64,000 nt of DNA from Eledone cirrhosa (lineage: Eukaryota), in the NCBI GenBank assembly GCA_964016885.1, contig OZ024740.1, forward strand, positions 353,462,001-353,526,000. Direction: 5' to 3'. Each line of letters starts with the position of its first letter. Within the stretch, counting starts at the first letter, position 1. Below the pieces are notes generated by a model that was not told the origin of the DNA, ran no database searches, and was given only the letters and a program-made list of their open reading frames with translations. A program made the translations under genes and the position numbers. This document shows, piece by piece, positions 22,744 to 36,409 of this stretch.

Positions 22744-23945
22744 ATCATCATCATCATCATCGTTTAATGTCCATCTTCCACGCTAGCATGGGTTAGGCGG
22801 GAATTGTCCCACTTGAGGCAATATTGGTTGGGTGACTGTCTCGCTCGTATGAGACTATCTGGCAGGTTTTCTACGGCTGGATGCCCTTCCTAACACCAAC
22901 CACATTTACAGTGTGGACTGGGAGCTTTTTACCGTGTTACCTACACGACCACATTGCAGCGTGGACTGTGTTTTTTTGTCTTGACACCTACACAACCTCA
23001 TTAGTTTGGACTGGATGTTGTGGTACCAACATAGCTTTATAGAGAAAGGGGTGGTGTTGGCAGGAGTGGAAGGATGGAGTAGGCGTAGTGGGTTGGGGTG
23101 TATGTTTGGTTTGGAGGGGCCTACTTACTGTAGGTTAACTTTGCACATAGGGAAGGCGGGTATTTTGTATTACTGCGTGGTGCAAGTGTACAAGGTCAGA
23201 ATTTATCATGTCGTCCCGGATTTTTCTGGGTCTACCTACTCTGTACCTTCCATCAATTTTGATTGCCCTGCACTCTTTTATACAGCTGTCGTCTTTTATG
23301 CGCATCACATGACCATACCAACGTAATCTTCTCTCAAGTAAACAGCATCTGATCCCTCTTATTCATAATTTCTCACTCAGTTCATTTATGTTTTGCCGTT
23401 CGTGTATATTACTATTACACATCCAATGGGGCATGCATGCTTCGTTCCTCTCCAGCCTGCGCAGATCTTCTGCACACAATCCCCATGTAAGATTGCTGTT
23501 CGTATGCAGGCATCATACAATCTGCCTTTCATTTGTAAAGAGAAACGTTTCGTGGCCAACATCTGTATCAGCTCTCTGAACATTTTCCATCCTGTTCTAA
23601 GTCTGGGTACTGTACTTTCAGTGCACCCTCCACCACTACTGATTTTGTCACCCAGGTAACGGAAAGTGTCCACTATTACTATAAAACTATCTGGGCAGTA
23701 GAACGAGCTAGTATCCTGTGGGCATCTGTTACTTATTGCACCTGAGCATCGGCCACATATAAAATGTATGTTCTTAGATAGCTTGCCTGTGATTCTACTA
23801 CATCTTTTATGTACCCATAGTTTGCATTTGGGACATAGAATGGAATTTCTGCCTACTCCTTTCCTACACACTGAGCATGGCCATTTCCCAGAGGGCACCT
23901 GTGCCCTATTTTCCTTTCTACATACTAGAACTTTAGTCTTCTTCT
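22744..23945 (-). mobile_element. 5'-truncated RTE LINE (PHD-like finger + RT C-terminus + 3' UTR)
   Basis: PSGKWPCSVCRKGVGRNSILCPKCKLWVHKRC; (CAT)n tail. Confidence 0.88.
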
Positions 23946-25170
23946 ATAGCTATCTATATATATATATATCATGATAATCATCGTCATAGCAAGGTTTGGA
24001 TGGGTCTACATAGACCAAGTTAGTACTGCAGCGGAGCCACTGATCTCCCAAGCAGGCCAGGGATCTGTGTCTTGCTTTATGTACAGTTGACACTTCACCA
24101 AATGTACAAGAGAGGTTGTCATGTCTTTCACACAACTGATGGTTCCTTCCAATCCTTTTGTTTGGCAAGATTTCTACAGCTGGATATCCATCCTATCACC
24201 AATCTACTGTATTATGTTAATCTAGCATATTAATATCATAGTGATTGTTAGGATAGTGAGAGGCAGAATCAGTAGTGACACAAAATATCTTGCAATACAC
24301 ATTTATAATCCACTCTTATGAATTCTACACTTGAAACTAGAGATGGGAAAAATTGTTACGGTTTCGGTCAAAATGCCTCTTCCGAGTTTTTACTTTCTGA
24401 GTTCAAATTCAGCTGACATCAACTTTACCTTCCACTCTTCTGAGGTCAATAAAATAAAGTACCAGTCAAGCACTGGGGTCGATATAATCAATTTTCCCAT
24501 CCCCTCAAAATTGATGGGCTTGTGCCAAAATGAGAAACTATTATTATTATTATTGTTGTTGTGGTTATTGTAATTTATTTATTTTTTTTTTTTATTTTAG
24601 CATCCTTAAAAAAACTGGAACCGCCAGTCCGCTACTATAAAATCATCTTACCACTGAGGCAAACATCTCAAGGTATTCAGAATGATTTAAAACTGTAATT
24701 GCTATGAAATAAACATTTCGTTTTTGACCATTGATTTTAGACTTCTTTCATCATTCAGGAAATAATTTCCTGGTCGTCTCTGTTGTTAATTTGCTACTAG
24801 AAGTTACTATTTGTGTTTTGAGGTAGGGGTTAATTTGGTATTAATACAGCACCTGGAAGCAATAAATAATTAGGTATATATTGGAGTTTACAATAAAAAA
24901 CAAACACTTTTCAGAAAAATATATTTTTAAAATAGACGGTTCAATACATTTATTTTTTCCTATCTTTTACCAAAATTTTTTCCCTGCTAAATTAGATTTT
25001 ATACATCAGAGAGATAACCCTTCTCCCCAAAAAATTTTTCAGAATCTTTTCAAAGATTTGGGGATTATAGATGTTTAATACCTAATATGACATTAAAAAA
25101 AAATGAAAAATGAATCGGACCATCCATTTTCCTAAAATCTTTTGTTCCAGACCGTGAACTCCAATATACC

Positions 25171-27520
25171 TGTAGTGACCTACATTCCGCGGGCTCACAT
25201 ACATTCTCTGTGCGTGATTTGGCTCAGTTCAGCCAATCAGCGCCAGTAGAAGAGGATGTATCCCTACGCGCCCTGAGGAAGAAATTCCCCGCGAAGATTT
25301 GAAGAATCTCTTTCTTGTACCAGAAACTTCGAGCCAGCAACACGCATAATGTAACAGTGAGATATTGCACCCCTATAACTAATAACTGCTAAAGTGGTGA
25401 CCGACGTAAGAATATCACGCAGCCCTTCTTATTCATTCAGTTTAACTTTTATTGCCACGTCGCAACTTGCGAAAATCCAGAATATTCCTTTTAAGATTTT
25501 TGAAAAATTAGCAGTATTTCAAAAACTTTTTCGCCACGAAAAAAATTTCAAGATGGCTACCGACATGTCATGGCTACGCTTGACAACAACAATGACAGCA
25601 GCAGCGACAGCGTTGTTTAACCACTGACCAATACAGGGAACAGTGAGTGGCAGCTTCATAACCTTACCGACGCCAACCACCACACATCGGAAATTTCAAA
25701 ACGACTTGTAACTTTACCGACGCAACCACCATACCTTCTGTCTCGTTACCACAGGGACGCGAGAAATTGAGACAGTAGTTTTCTCACCATTATGGCGTCA
25801 GACGTGACTGCCATATTTGGTGACTCCTACTCTACAGAAGATTCTTTGACTTTGCTTTAACAATAAGCAACAAAACCTTCGGGACGGTAAAATGGCCACG
25901 AAATCTCACAAAAACACCATACATCTAACCCCTAACGGCAGTAACAAACTTCTTTTTCAGTTTTCAGATAGAACTAGTGTCTGTACACTGGTGATGTGTG
26001 AACTATTTGACTTTGAAAAACTTTGAACTTATTGAGCAATTTCTCTGCTCCCCTAGATTGACTTTGAATTATCAGTTTGTTACATTCACATATTTCTTTG
26101 TAGAATGCATTTACTTGTTTTGTGCTCTTTTGCTATTTGCTTGCTCATGGTTTTTGTTCATTCACATTCTTTGCTGTTTTACATGCCTGCATATGCACAC
26201 ATTTTTTTTATCACACACCAACATGTTGTTCTTGGTATATGTTCTTCAAACGTAATATTCTGCGAGTCCCTTTTCACCTGGTTGAGATGCTGTCACATGC
26301 TAGCAGCTCACAGAGCTTAATCCACTGGATTCAAACAGGCACCGCAACACAAGAATTCTAATTGCAGCTGAACTCAAACAGCTTCGCATCTCGTTGCACA
26401 CTGATCATCCGTCTTGTTGTTTTTGCCCGACTCGCTGGGAAGGCAACAAATTGAACTGGACTTGTCAATATTTCAGCCACTTCTGTGGATTCGCCAGAAT
26501 TATGGAATTTACACTGCAACCCACCTACAGATTAAACTTGCCTTTTGTTCTTTACAAAGCAACCAGCCATTTTTTCCTGGCTCCACAGTACATTCGACAA
26601 TACATCTGGGGGCCATCATTTTCTCGCCAGCACTGGTAAACTACCATAATAGCTTCGTTTACAGCTACTGCTACAACGCTTACCATTAACATTTAATGCA
26701 AGAACAGCAACTTCGCCCATGTCAGACTTTATCCTTTTTTTGTTAGACCTTTGGCGGTCACGTATAAACAACAAAACAACTGGTCATTTGACACAGCGGC
26801 TCAACACGGCCCGTAGCGCCTCATTTTTTGTTCTTGCATGCAACCTTCTGCTCAATTATTTTTTCACTGATGTGCTCTTTCAGCATTTGTTCTTGCTGAT
26901 TCAATAATATGTTGGTCCTTGGTTTCTTCGTTATCGATTTTCGGCTGAAAATCTGGTTGGAGGTGATGTAGTGACCTACATTCCGCGGGCTCACATACGT
27001 TCTCTGTGCGTGATTTGGCTCAGTTCAGCCAATCAGCGCCAGTAGAAGAGGATGTATCCCTACGCGCCCTGAGGAAGAAATTCACCGCGAAGATTTGAAG
27101 AATTTCTCTCTTGTACCAGAAACTTCGAGCCAGCAACACGCATAATGTAACAGTGAGAGATTGCACCCCTAGCCTCGCCGGCTTAACGGCGCAATGGCAC
27201 ATTCCCTTTTGTAACCTCTTTTTATCTGTAACTTCAACCATATAAATAAACAAACATTTCATCTCTAATTACTGCGGTTGAAGTCGTTGTTATGTTACTC
27301 GTGTCTCAATAACATCTTTAATCCATGCTGCTGGAATTGGCGACCTGACGAAAGGAATATTGTAAATAGATGGTAAATAGATCGAGGGACCTTCCCTCAC
27401 GTCTATGTCAACAAGATAATCCAACGAGGATACTATCACTTACCACACTGGCAACTAACGACCACTGATTCTACCACCCTGCTAAAGTAACGATAACATC
27501 TATAACTAATAACTGCTAAA
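25171..27520 (+). mobile_element. Non-autonomous LTR retroelement (5' LTR 25171-25393, internally deleted; 3' LTR 26967-27520)
   Basis: Both LTRs start TGTAGTGACC and end AACTGCTAAA; PBS-like TGGTGACCGACGT at ~25395; TSD TACC (25167-70, 27521-24); absent from unit B (~50970). Confidence 0.85.
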
Positions 27521-27926
27521 TACCCAATACAGCAATCAGTTAAAGATATTGTGAAAAAGATCCTATCGAATGTCATCAATAAAATGACCTCTTTCTTTTG
27601 TCTATAAAATGATCCAACGATAGATTGATTTGCTTTGATAATTATCTTTCCCCAGTTACCATTTTACTTGACTCAAATAGAAAAGCAAGTAAATTGGTAT
27701 TGAGAAAAGAAAAGAAACCAATTGGCGGACAAAAAAGGCAATATAAGATGCTCATTGTAAATAAGGTGGCAGATCAGCAGCTCACTGAAACAGTCTATGG
27801 GCATGGAGGCAGCTAGCAAAATATGAATTATATAGAAGTTACCATTGTTTCCCTTATGTCATTGTTTCTTTTTGTAATGTAATGTGTGTCAGAAATAACA
27901 AGCAGGTTTCTTCCATACACTACGAC

Positions 27927-30737
27927 CAGGGCCGGATTAAAACCCTTAGAGGCCCTAAGCACTAACAAATGTTGGTGGCCCCATACATTTGTAGATCAAA
28001 ACATAAACAATAATATATGGTAAATTAAAGTTTTATTTATTGAAATTTCAAAATAAAGCAAAACATACCGAAAGAGAGAAAATAATTTTATTTATTGAAT
28101 AATTTTTTCCTGCATTTTTTTTTTCTTGAAAAGTCTTTGATCAGATCCTCGTAACCAATCTTACGTAACACATCTACTTCTATATACAATAGGGATAAAG
28201 CATCCAGTCTGTATTGTTGCATGGTTGTTCTGAAGGGATTTTTAATATATTTCAACCGTGAAAATGAACGTTCCGCTGAGCTGTTAGTAACCATTAATGT
28301 TAAAAATATACGAAAGGTTATGTCTACATTTGGAAAGGCACACTCAATATTGTCTTTTACAATAATTTTATAAAGTTCAGCATGATTAAATCTTGTTTTT
28401 ACATTTTCTGTTCTACTCATCTTATTTCGCACATATAAATGAAACTGATGAAGCTCGGCTGAGAAATTACTATTGAAATCCTCTGGATAAGCATCGATCA
28501 ACTTTTGACAGTACTGAGAATACCCTTCAATATTAGTAGCTGATGGAGTGCCTATATTTGGCACATCACTAAGAAAAGAAAATTTCTCTGCCATTTCTTT
28601 GTATATCTCTCCTCTTCTTTCCATCTCAGCTGCAAGTTTGTCAACAATTGTGTAAAATGTGGTGATACGAAACTTATCTCTGGCATCTAAATAAACTTCT
28701 GCTGTATCTCCGTCATTGGGTACTTTTTTTCTAATACGTTTGCGAGTTGCAGTTGTCCTGTAATCAACATCTGGAAGAATTTCCTTGGCCTCTTTTTCAT
28801 ATCTTTCAAATTCATCTCGTGAGGTGTTCAGTTGGTCAGCTAATGATACATAGAGATCTTTGAGAATTTTCCAACGGTTAGTGGAAGCGGAAAAAAATTA
28901 TAGAGTAACTGTACTGTAGAGAAAAAATTAACAGCCTCTTGACAGCAGTCAACAGCACTCCGGCCAACAAGATTTAATGAATGAGCTGTACAGGGCACAT
29001 ATATAGCAAACTTGTTTGTTTCTAAAATCTTTTGCTGCATCCCCTTATAACGCCCAGACATGTTAGCAGCATTGTCATAAGTCTGACCCCTACATTTTGA
29101 AACATTTAACCCACAAGCTTCACATAAATGCAGCAGCACCTGGTTCGCCATATTCTCGCCAGTGTGGTTTTCTATTATGATGAAGGTTAAAAATTGTTCA
29201 ATAGGCTGTCCATCTTGTAAATACCTAAGTACAACACTCAATTGATCGCTATGTGATAAATCTGGTGTTGAATCAACGGACAAACTAAAATAACCAGAAG
29301 ATTTAACTTCGTTAATAATGAACTCACGGACCTTTTGTGCCATTAGTTGAATAATTTCCTCGATAGTGTTTTTTGACATGTAAGAAGGATTTCCCTTTCC
29401 AGAATTTCCATATTTAGAAATGTGGCCTGCTAAAAATGGATCAAACTGGCTTATGAGTTCAAGCGGCCCTAAAAAATTCCCATTTTGCAACGATCCAAAC
29501 TTCTCTTCAGTTCCTCGAAAAGGCAAGCCACGTTCAGTTAACGTACAAATAACAGCTACGACACGCCTCAAAACGTGTTCCCAGTAATTGCACTCTTCAT
29601 GAATTTGTTTCTCCAAATCTGACTTTAACCCCGCACCTTGCCTGCGAGTTAAATATGCCAGCAAAGAGTCTCGGTGAATAATGCTTTTCTCATGCTTTTC
29701 AATTACAATAGTATTGCGCCAATCTCTTGAAATAAAAATTGAATTTTTTTCACGAGCAAACAGTTTACAAACAAAACAATAAACTGATCCTCTTGATGGT
29801 GAATAGAGTAACCACTCTCTCTTATATTTTTCACCATTGGCTTTTGTCCCAATAAAAAGTTTCTGTGGGCAATACCTTACTGGCTTGCCACTACTAAAAT
29901 GACGGCAAGACTTTTCAAATGGCCCGTTGTGGTGTTGACAAATACTGGGTTCAGAAGTAATCCAATAAGCTATATCATTAGCAGAGAAATCAAGCCACAT
30001 TCCTGGATCGTTCGCTAAATTGTAATTTTCTTCATTTTTTTACAGGCAAATTAATTTCACCGCCATTGTCACAGTGCTCTAAACTTCTATTTTCAGCAAT
30101 TATTTGAGCCCTATCATCATTTGCAGTAGAGGTATCCGAATCAAGAGAATTCACAGGCAAAGTAAGATCAGTTGTAAGACATGTGCTGGATGAACATGCT
30201 TGCGACATCTCGGTACTTCTAATGTCATCATATTTTGATTCTGAAGTAATCAAAGTTGTATTTGCCGCATTCATGTCTACTTCTGATAACGTATATCGGT
30301 TTTGACCTGGAATCTGTAAATCATGTTGTGGAACTTGTGAGAAAAAATTAGTCAGCTTTACTGTCTTGCGATCTAATTCCGAAGCTTTTTCTTGTTTCTT
30401 GTTTGAAAGTTTTCATTTTTGTGCCCCAATTAACTGAATGCGTTTTATCTTGGTTTTTGGGATCTGTTAATTAGATTTGAATGGTTAGATTTTTGGGGGA
30501 TCTGTTAATTAGATCTGATGGTTAGATTTGAAAAAGGATGGTGTGAACCCAAATAAACAATCAGCAAATACAGTTATAAAATTAAAGCTTGAGTTTGTTC
30601 AGATAAAAAATAAAAAAAATAAAAATTATGTAGAAATAAAAAAGGTATACTTTATAGCAGATAATCTAGAACACAAATGACAATTATTTTTGATATAGAG
30701 TCTACAATATTAAAAGGTTCAAGTTCAAAAAAAGATT
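27927..30737 (-). mobile_element. hAT DNA transposon (ZMYM1/DUF4371-like transposase), one end lost
   Basis: Terminus CAGGGCCGGATT at the exact point of divergence from unit B; no matching TIR seen at the other end. Confidence 0.85.
28088..30440 (-). pseudogene. hAT transposase, frameshifted
   Basis: TTF-type REWLLYS..VYCFVCKLF; SVDSTPDLSHSDQL; CRGQTYDNAANMSG; CTAHSLNL; dimerisation-domain TNSSAERSFSRLK. Confidence 0.9.
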
Positions 30738-31890
30738 TGTCTGATGTTCTTCCTATACTGCCAAACCACCACCCTGACAATAATAATAACATTGACAAGC
30801 TACAAACAGGTTAGTGTGAAGTCAATTGAAGGGATCATGGTGATATTATTCGTTCATATTTTATTTTATCAACCTCAGAGCAATGAATGGCATTATTAAT
30901 ATTATCAATAGCCAATATTTTGGGAGAAAAGGAACAGCTAGTTAAATTGAGTCAGTATATCATTGGTACTTATTCTATTGATCATTAGCTACCTATTATA
31001 TGCCAGAGCCAATCACCAGAGTAGATTTTGCTTTTGACAACTAATTATTTTGGGTAAATTTTCTCACCATTCTAAAAATTTAGTAAGTTCAGACCCTGAG
31101 CAATTAGCTATTTGGACTACGAAATAATCCTCTTTAGGAATCTAGTCAGCTAATGATAAGACATGTTACTACTCCTAATATTAGCAAAATACAAAATCGA
31201 AAAGAAATCTCCAAAGGTGAGCAGACAAATCAATGAAGGAATATAGATATAGAATTTGAACTAAGCTATTTTGTTATGATAACTCATTGAAATAGTCTGA
31301 TATATAGAGAACAGATGACAGCAAATAGTTTCATTACTCTAATACATTATTGAAGACTCAGAGCAAATAACTAAGTGTAGCTTGGGATTGTTTTAGTTAA
31401 AATATTTACTGCTGGGAAATTACAAATTTTGGCTCACTTTCAAATACTAACTGTTCCATCACTATTAAGATACTATTTTCTACTATTCCTGGTGCATGTG
31501 CACCAATCATATAAAAAAAACATTAAGTGTGACTATACTGAAATCAGTCATCTGATATACAAGATATTTTACATTATCTACATGTGACCTTGTAGACCAT
31601 ATATGGTATCATGCATACTTCTGTGTTGTTGATGTGAAAATTAGGAAGTGTACACCTATCGTTGTATGCAGGTGGGTGTCTGTGGAGCAGACTCCTCAAT
31701 GGCGGTCTCGAGTGAACCAGCTGTATATTTTTGTTTTGAGTCGTTTCTACTTCACATTTAAAAATAGGGTGTAACCCCGAAATATCATGTTGAAATATAC
31801 TGGGTAAAACATTATTTTGTTTTGTTTGTCAACCTTTGCCCTTTATATATTTCTACCACATTGTACCGGCTTTTTGAAACTTATCAGTCA

Positions 31891-32493
31891 CTAGCTGAGG
31901 TACCCGGCTTCGCCCAGGAGAATAGTTAAGAGAAGACGGATAAAAGAGAAAACGACTGTATTGGATGTGTTGTCTGGTATGAGGTGAGACCGTAATGTGT
32001 GTGAGAGAGACAAAAAAAAAAAACAATCATAAAACCTCCTCATTAGGCTGGGGGAGTAAACTGCTGTTTAAATGGTAGCATTGGCCTTCGATTTTAAATG
32101 TTGTGAAATAACCATAGTCAGTATGATCTTTTTCAGCTCCAAAGAACGTCATCTGAAACGCATCAATATACTGCATAACATTGCTTCTGAAGTGTTGCTT
32201 CATTAGTACGGACTGTAAGTATATGGATAAAAGCTGGAGGTTTATTGTTAAACTTTCCTATAGATCTATAGTTTAAGCCGTTTCTAGACTTTTGTGGAAC
32301 GTTACTCTCTCTCTGAATATCTAACACTTTAATTGTATCTCTCTCTGTATCTTTCTTTCTGCCTCTTCCTCTGTGTCTCTCTCTCTTTAGATGTATGTGT
32401 ATGTATTTGTATGTGTATTTGTGTGTGTGTGGGGGTGTGTGTGTGGTTTTCGTGTGATTCAACCAGCCAGTCAACCAATAAACATCTCTCATA

Positions 32494-32495
<2 letters not shown>
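31891..32495 (-). mobile_element. Non-autonomous Helitron-like element
   Basis: CTAG end with adjacent GC-rich hairpin (TACCCGGCTTCGCCCAGG), same layout as 58913-59497; distal boundary approximate. Confidence 0.55.

Positions 32496-32566
<71 letters not shown>
32491..32566. repeat. (TA)n microsatellite
   Basis: Direct reading. Confidence 0.97.
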
Positions 32567-32568
<2 letters not shown>

Positions 32569-34120
32569 TCATCATCATCATTGTTTAAGGTCTATCTTCC
32601 ACGCTAGCATGGGTTTAGACGGGAATTTTCCCACGTGAGGCAAGATTGGTTGTCTTGCTCGTATAGGACTATCTGGCAGGTTTTCTACGGCTGGATGCCC
32701 TTCCTGAAACCAACCACGTTTACAGTGTGGACTGGGAGGTTTTTACCGTGTTGCCTACACGGCCACATTACAGTGTGGACTGTGTGTTTTTTTGTCGTGA
32801 CACCTACACGACCTCATATATTTAGGACTGGATGTTGTGGTACCAACATAACTTTACAGAGAAAGAGGTGGTGTAGATAGGGGAGGGGGAGGAGTAGTGG
32901 AATGGGGGTGAATTTTTAGTTACGAGGTGCCTACTGACTGTAGGTTTCGCTTTGTACTTAGGCAAGGTGGGTCTTCTGTATTACTGCGTAGTGCCAAAGA
33001 TCTCGGTCCAGTGACATTGTCTTAGAGAGGTGTAAGTGTGTAAGGTCGGAATTTATCAAATTGTCCCAGGTTTTTCTGGGTCTGCCTACTCCGTGGCTTC
33101 CATCTATTTTGATCGCCCTGCACTTTTTTATACAGCTGTCGTCTTTCATGCGCATCACGTGACCATACCAACGTAGTCTTCTCTCGAGTAAACAGCATCT
33201 GATCCCTCTTATACCTAATTTCTCACTTAGTTCATTTATGCTTTGCCGTTCACGTATATTACTATTACACATCCAACGGAGCCAACGGAGCATGCAAGCT
33301 TCGTTCTTCTCCAGTCTGCGCAGATCCTCAGCACACAATGCCCATGTCTCACTGCCATGTAACATTGCTGTTCGTATGCAAGCATCATACTGTCTGCCTT
33401 TCATTTTTAGAGATAAACCTTTAGCGGCCAATAGTGGTATAAGCTCTCTGAATTTCTTTCATCCCATTCTGACTCTAGCTACTGTACTTTCAGAGCACCC
33501 TCCATCACTGCTGATTTTGTCACCCAGGTAACGGAAGGTGTCCACTATTTCTATAGAACCATCTGGGCAATGGAAGGAGCTAGTATCCTGTGGGTACTTA
33601 CTACTACTTATTGCACCTGAGCACCGGCCACATATAAAATCTATGTTCTTAGTTAGCTTACCTGTGATCCCACTACATCTTTTATGCACCCATACTTTGC
33701 ATTTGGGACATAAAATAGATAATCTGTGTATAGAAGTTCCCATGGGCAGCCGGTCTTGAACTCCTCTGCTATAGCTTGAAGGGCAATAATAAATAGGAGG
33801 GGGCTAAGGACAGAGCCCTGATGAACACCAACTTTTACGCTAAATTCTTCACTATATTCGTTGTTAATTCTAACCTTGCTGACTGTTTCTTTATACATGG
33901 CTTGTATAGCTCTCAGAAGGCATTCATCAACACCTAATTTTCTAAGAGCCCACCAGATAATGGAGTGGGGGACTCTGTCAAAGGCTTACTCCAAGTCAAC
34001 AAAAGCTAAGTATAGGGGTTTACTCTTAGCTAGGTACTTCTCCTGTAGTTGTCGTACAAGGAAAAGAGCGTCTGTGGTACTTTTACCTGACACGAACCCA
34101 AACTGCATTTCATCTAGATC
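32567..34120 (-). mobile_element. 5'-truncated, internally deleted RTE LINE
   Basis: GVHQGSVLSPLLF, WELLY; LCPKCKVWVHKRC; RLRWYGHVMR; (CAT)n tail. Confidence 0.9.
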
Positions 34121-34146
34121 AATATATATATATATATATATATATA

Positions 34147-34901
34147 TCGGTTTGCTTTTCCTTCTATGTTGTTTACTTGTCTCACTCGCTTTACGCGAAT
34201 CACTTGTCCCAATAGCTTATTTTAGTTATTGCTCGCACCAACCCGAGGTATATGATATTTAATGCGATGAAATACCAATGATGGTTGGCAAATCACTGAT
34301 GAGGGACTAATTTTATAATATGTAACCCATGTGCAACCACGCAGTATTCCTCTTTCTTCCCATGTTTTTCATACATATTTACCTCGACTGCGATTATCTG
34401 TTTCTCTCTTTCTCTCTTACTGCTCCCCCGTTCTCTCTGTTTCTCTCACCTTCTTTCGCCCCCTCTGTCAGTTACACTTTCTCTCGACTGACCTCTTCCT
34501 CGCACTTCCACTCACTCACTCTCTGTTTCTCCCCTTCTCACTTCCTCCCGTTCGTTAGTAGTGGGATTCTTTCTTTCTCACATCTCATTCACGGCGGACG
34601 GTCTGTTTTCTGACCGCTCATGAAATTCACCCAGATTATGCTGACCGGATAACCATCATGTTGCTTGCTGTTTTCCTACCTTCGGTTTACTTTTCCTTCT
34701 ATTTTGTTTACTTGTCTCACTCGCTTTACGCGATTCACTTGTCTCAATAGCTTATTTTAGTTATTGCTCGCACCAACCTGAGGTATCTGATTTTTAATGC
34801 GATGAAATACCAATGATGGTTGGCAAATCACTGATGAGGGACTAATTTTATAATATGTAACCCATGTGCAACCACGCAGTATTCCTCTTTCTTCCCATGT
34901 T

Positions 34902-34910
<9 letters not shown>
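34147..34910. repeat. ~230-bp direct repeats (34147-34378, 34679-34910) around a CT-rich spacer, set within (TA)n; Penelope-pLTR-like
   Basis: Near-identical repeats, each containing CTGATGAG; TA runs on both flanks. Confidence 0.7.
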
Positions 34911-34944
<34 letters not shown>

Positions 34945-35018
34945 TATACATATACGTGTTTTGCAACGGGTCACATTGTGGCTCAATGACAATTTAATAA
35001 ATTAAATAATCAGAGCTA

Positions 35019-36409
35019 TATATCATAAAACATGTCTATAAAATCACAAGATAAAATATATACCATTTCCTCGGTTACTTGTTGGAGATTTCTTCATAGA
35101 AGCCTCATTCTTATAGCCTGGTCTATTCGATTTTTTATATAGTTAATTATGCTAATTGGGAGAGGAAATTGTATATATTTCATCTTGTGATTTTATAGAC
35201 ATGTTTTATGATATACTTTAACTTTGATATACTTTAACTTTAATTATATCTCATAAAATAATACAACTGGTTTTTCCACATTATACATATTGTTAGCACC
35301 CCAAACACTTAAATTGGGTTTATATTTTAATATAACCTAATGTTTGTTGAGTGAGATGGTTACCAGTCAGAGTTTAGCTTTAAACTATCTCTGTTATTGT
35401 ATTAAATATTTACTCTTGATTGGCCAGAGGTGTTTATTTCCAGGTACCTTATGAATTTGACTTTCCGTATTTATTACTGTTGTGAAATATTGTGGCTTTT
35501 TTTGGTTGTAACTTCTCTGTTTTTTAGCCTAGGAAAATATATATATATGCCTACGTATATAATTACATGCATATATGTATTTATTTTCTTTTATTAATTG
35601 AGTTCTTTACACGAGGAATTAATATTGGTTTTGAAATAACTAATTAACCCGCGTGTGTTTTATATTTTACTCTTAATTATTCGGCCGGAGAATTATATTC
35701 CCATTTGCCCTTTATAGCATAACTTTCTGCATTTACTGCGGTTATGAGAAGCGGTTCTTATTTGGGTACAACTTCTGATTTAGCCTAAGAAAATATCTAT
35801 ATGCGTGTGTAATTTATACAAGCATATATTTATTTTTTTATTTTCAATTGAGTTCTTAAACACGTTGGATTGATAATGTTTTCAAAAAAACTAATTAACC
35901 CGCGTGTATATTATTTTTTTTTTCCTCATTTCGTGGATCGTGGGTTGTCTCCCCTTCCCGCTTCGTGTCGCTATGATACTTCCTCAGTCAAAAACTGCTG
36001 GAATTTCAAATTTGGCGGTCATTCGAGGCGAGAGAGAGCAACTATACGGACATGATTTTTGACAGCGGTAAGAAATTGTTTTCTTATTTCAATGTTTAAC
36101 GGGCTTCCACTGATGATTTATAAGTGCCCACCTAAATATATTCTTACATGAATATATATTAGGCTTCTACATAAACTGGAAACATTCTCCCAAACTTGTA
36201 GAAAACTTATAATGAAACAATTGTTTGGAAAGAGAGATATACTTTAACATTAATTATATCTCATAAAATAATACAACTGGTTTTTCCACATTATACATAT
36301 TGTTAGCACCCCAAACACTTAAATTGGGTTTATATTTTAATATAACCTAATGTTTGTTGAGTGAGATGGTTACCAGTCAGAGTTTAGCTTTAAACTATCT
36401 CTGTTATTG

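Larger units (their letters stand above)
13555..31567 (+). repeat. Segmental duplication unit A (paralogue of 39243-53728)
   Basis: Colinear matches from TGCAGCAATGAATAA to TCTGATATACAAGATAT, interrupted by unit-specific insertions. Confidence 0.93.

Noticed and set aside
23006-23326. 106-aa ORF conserved in both duplication units (also 17012-17389 and 47424-47801)
   Set aside because: Conservation only reflects recent sequence identity of antisense RTE remnants.
28840-30000. ZMYM1-like host gene
   Set aside because: TIR, frameshifts, lack of introns and absence from unit B show it is a hAT transposon.
36098-36195. CTGATGA..GGAAAC hammerhead-like string
   Set aside because: I could not form stem I or stem III convincingly.
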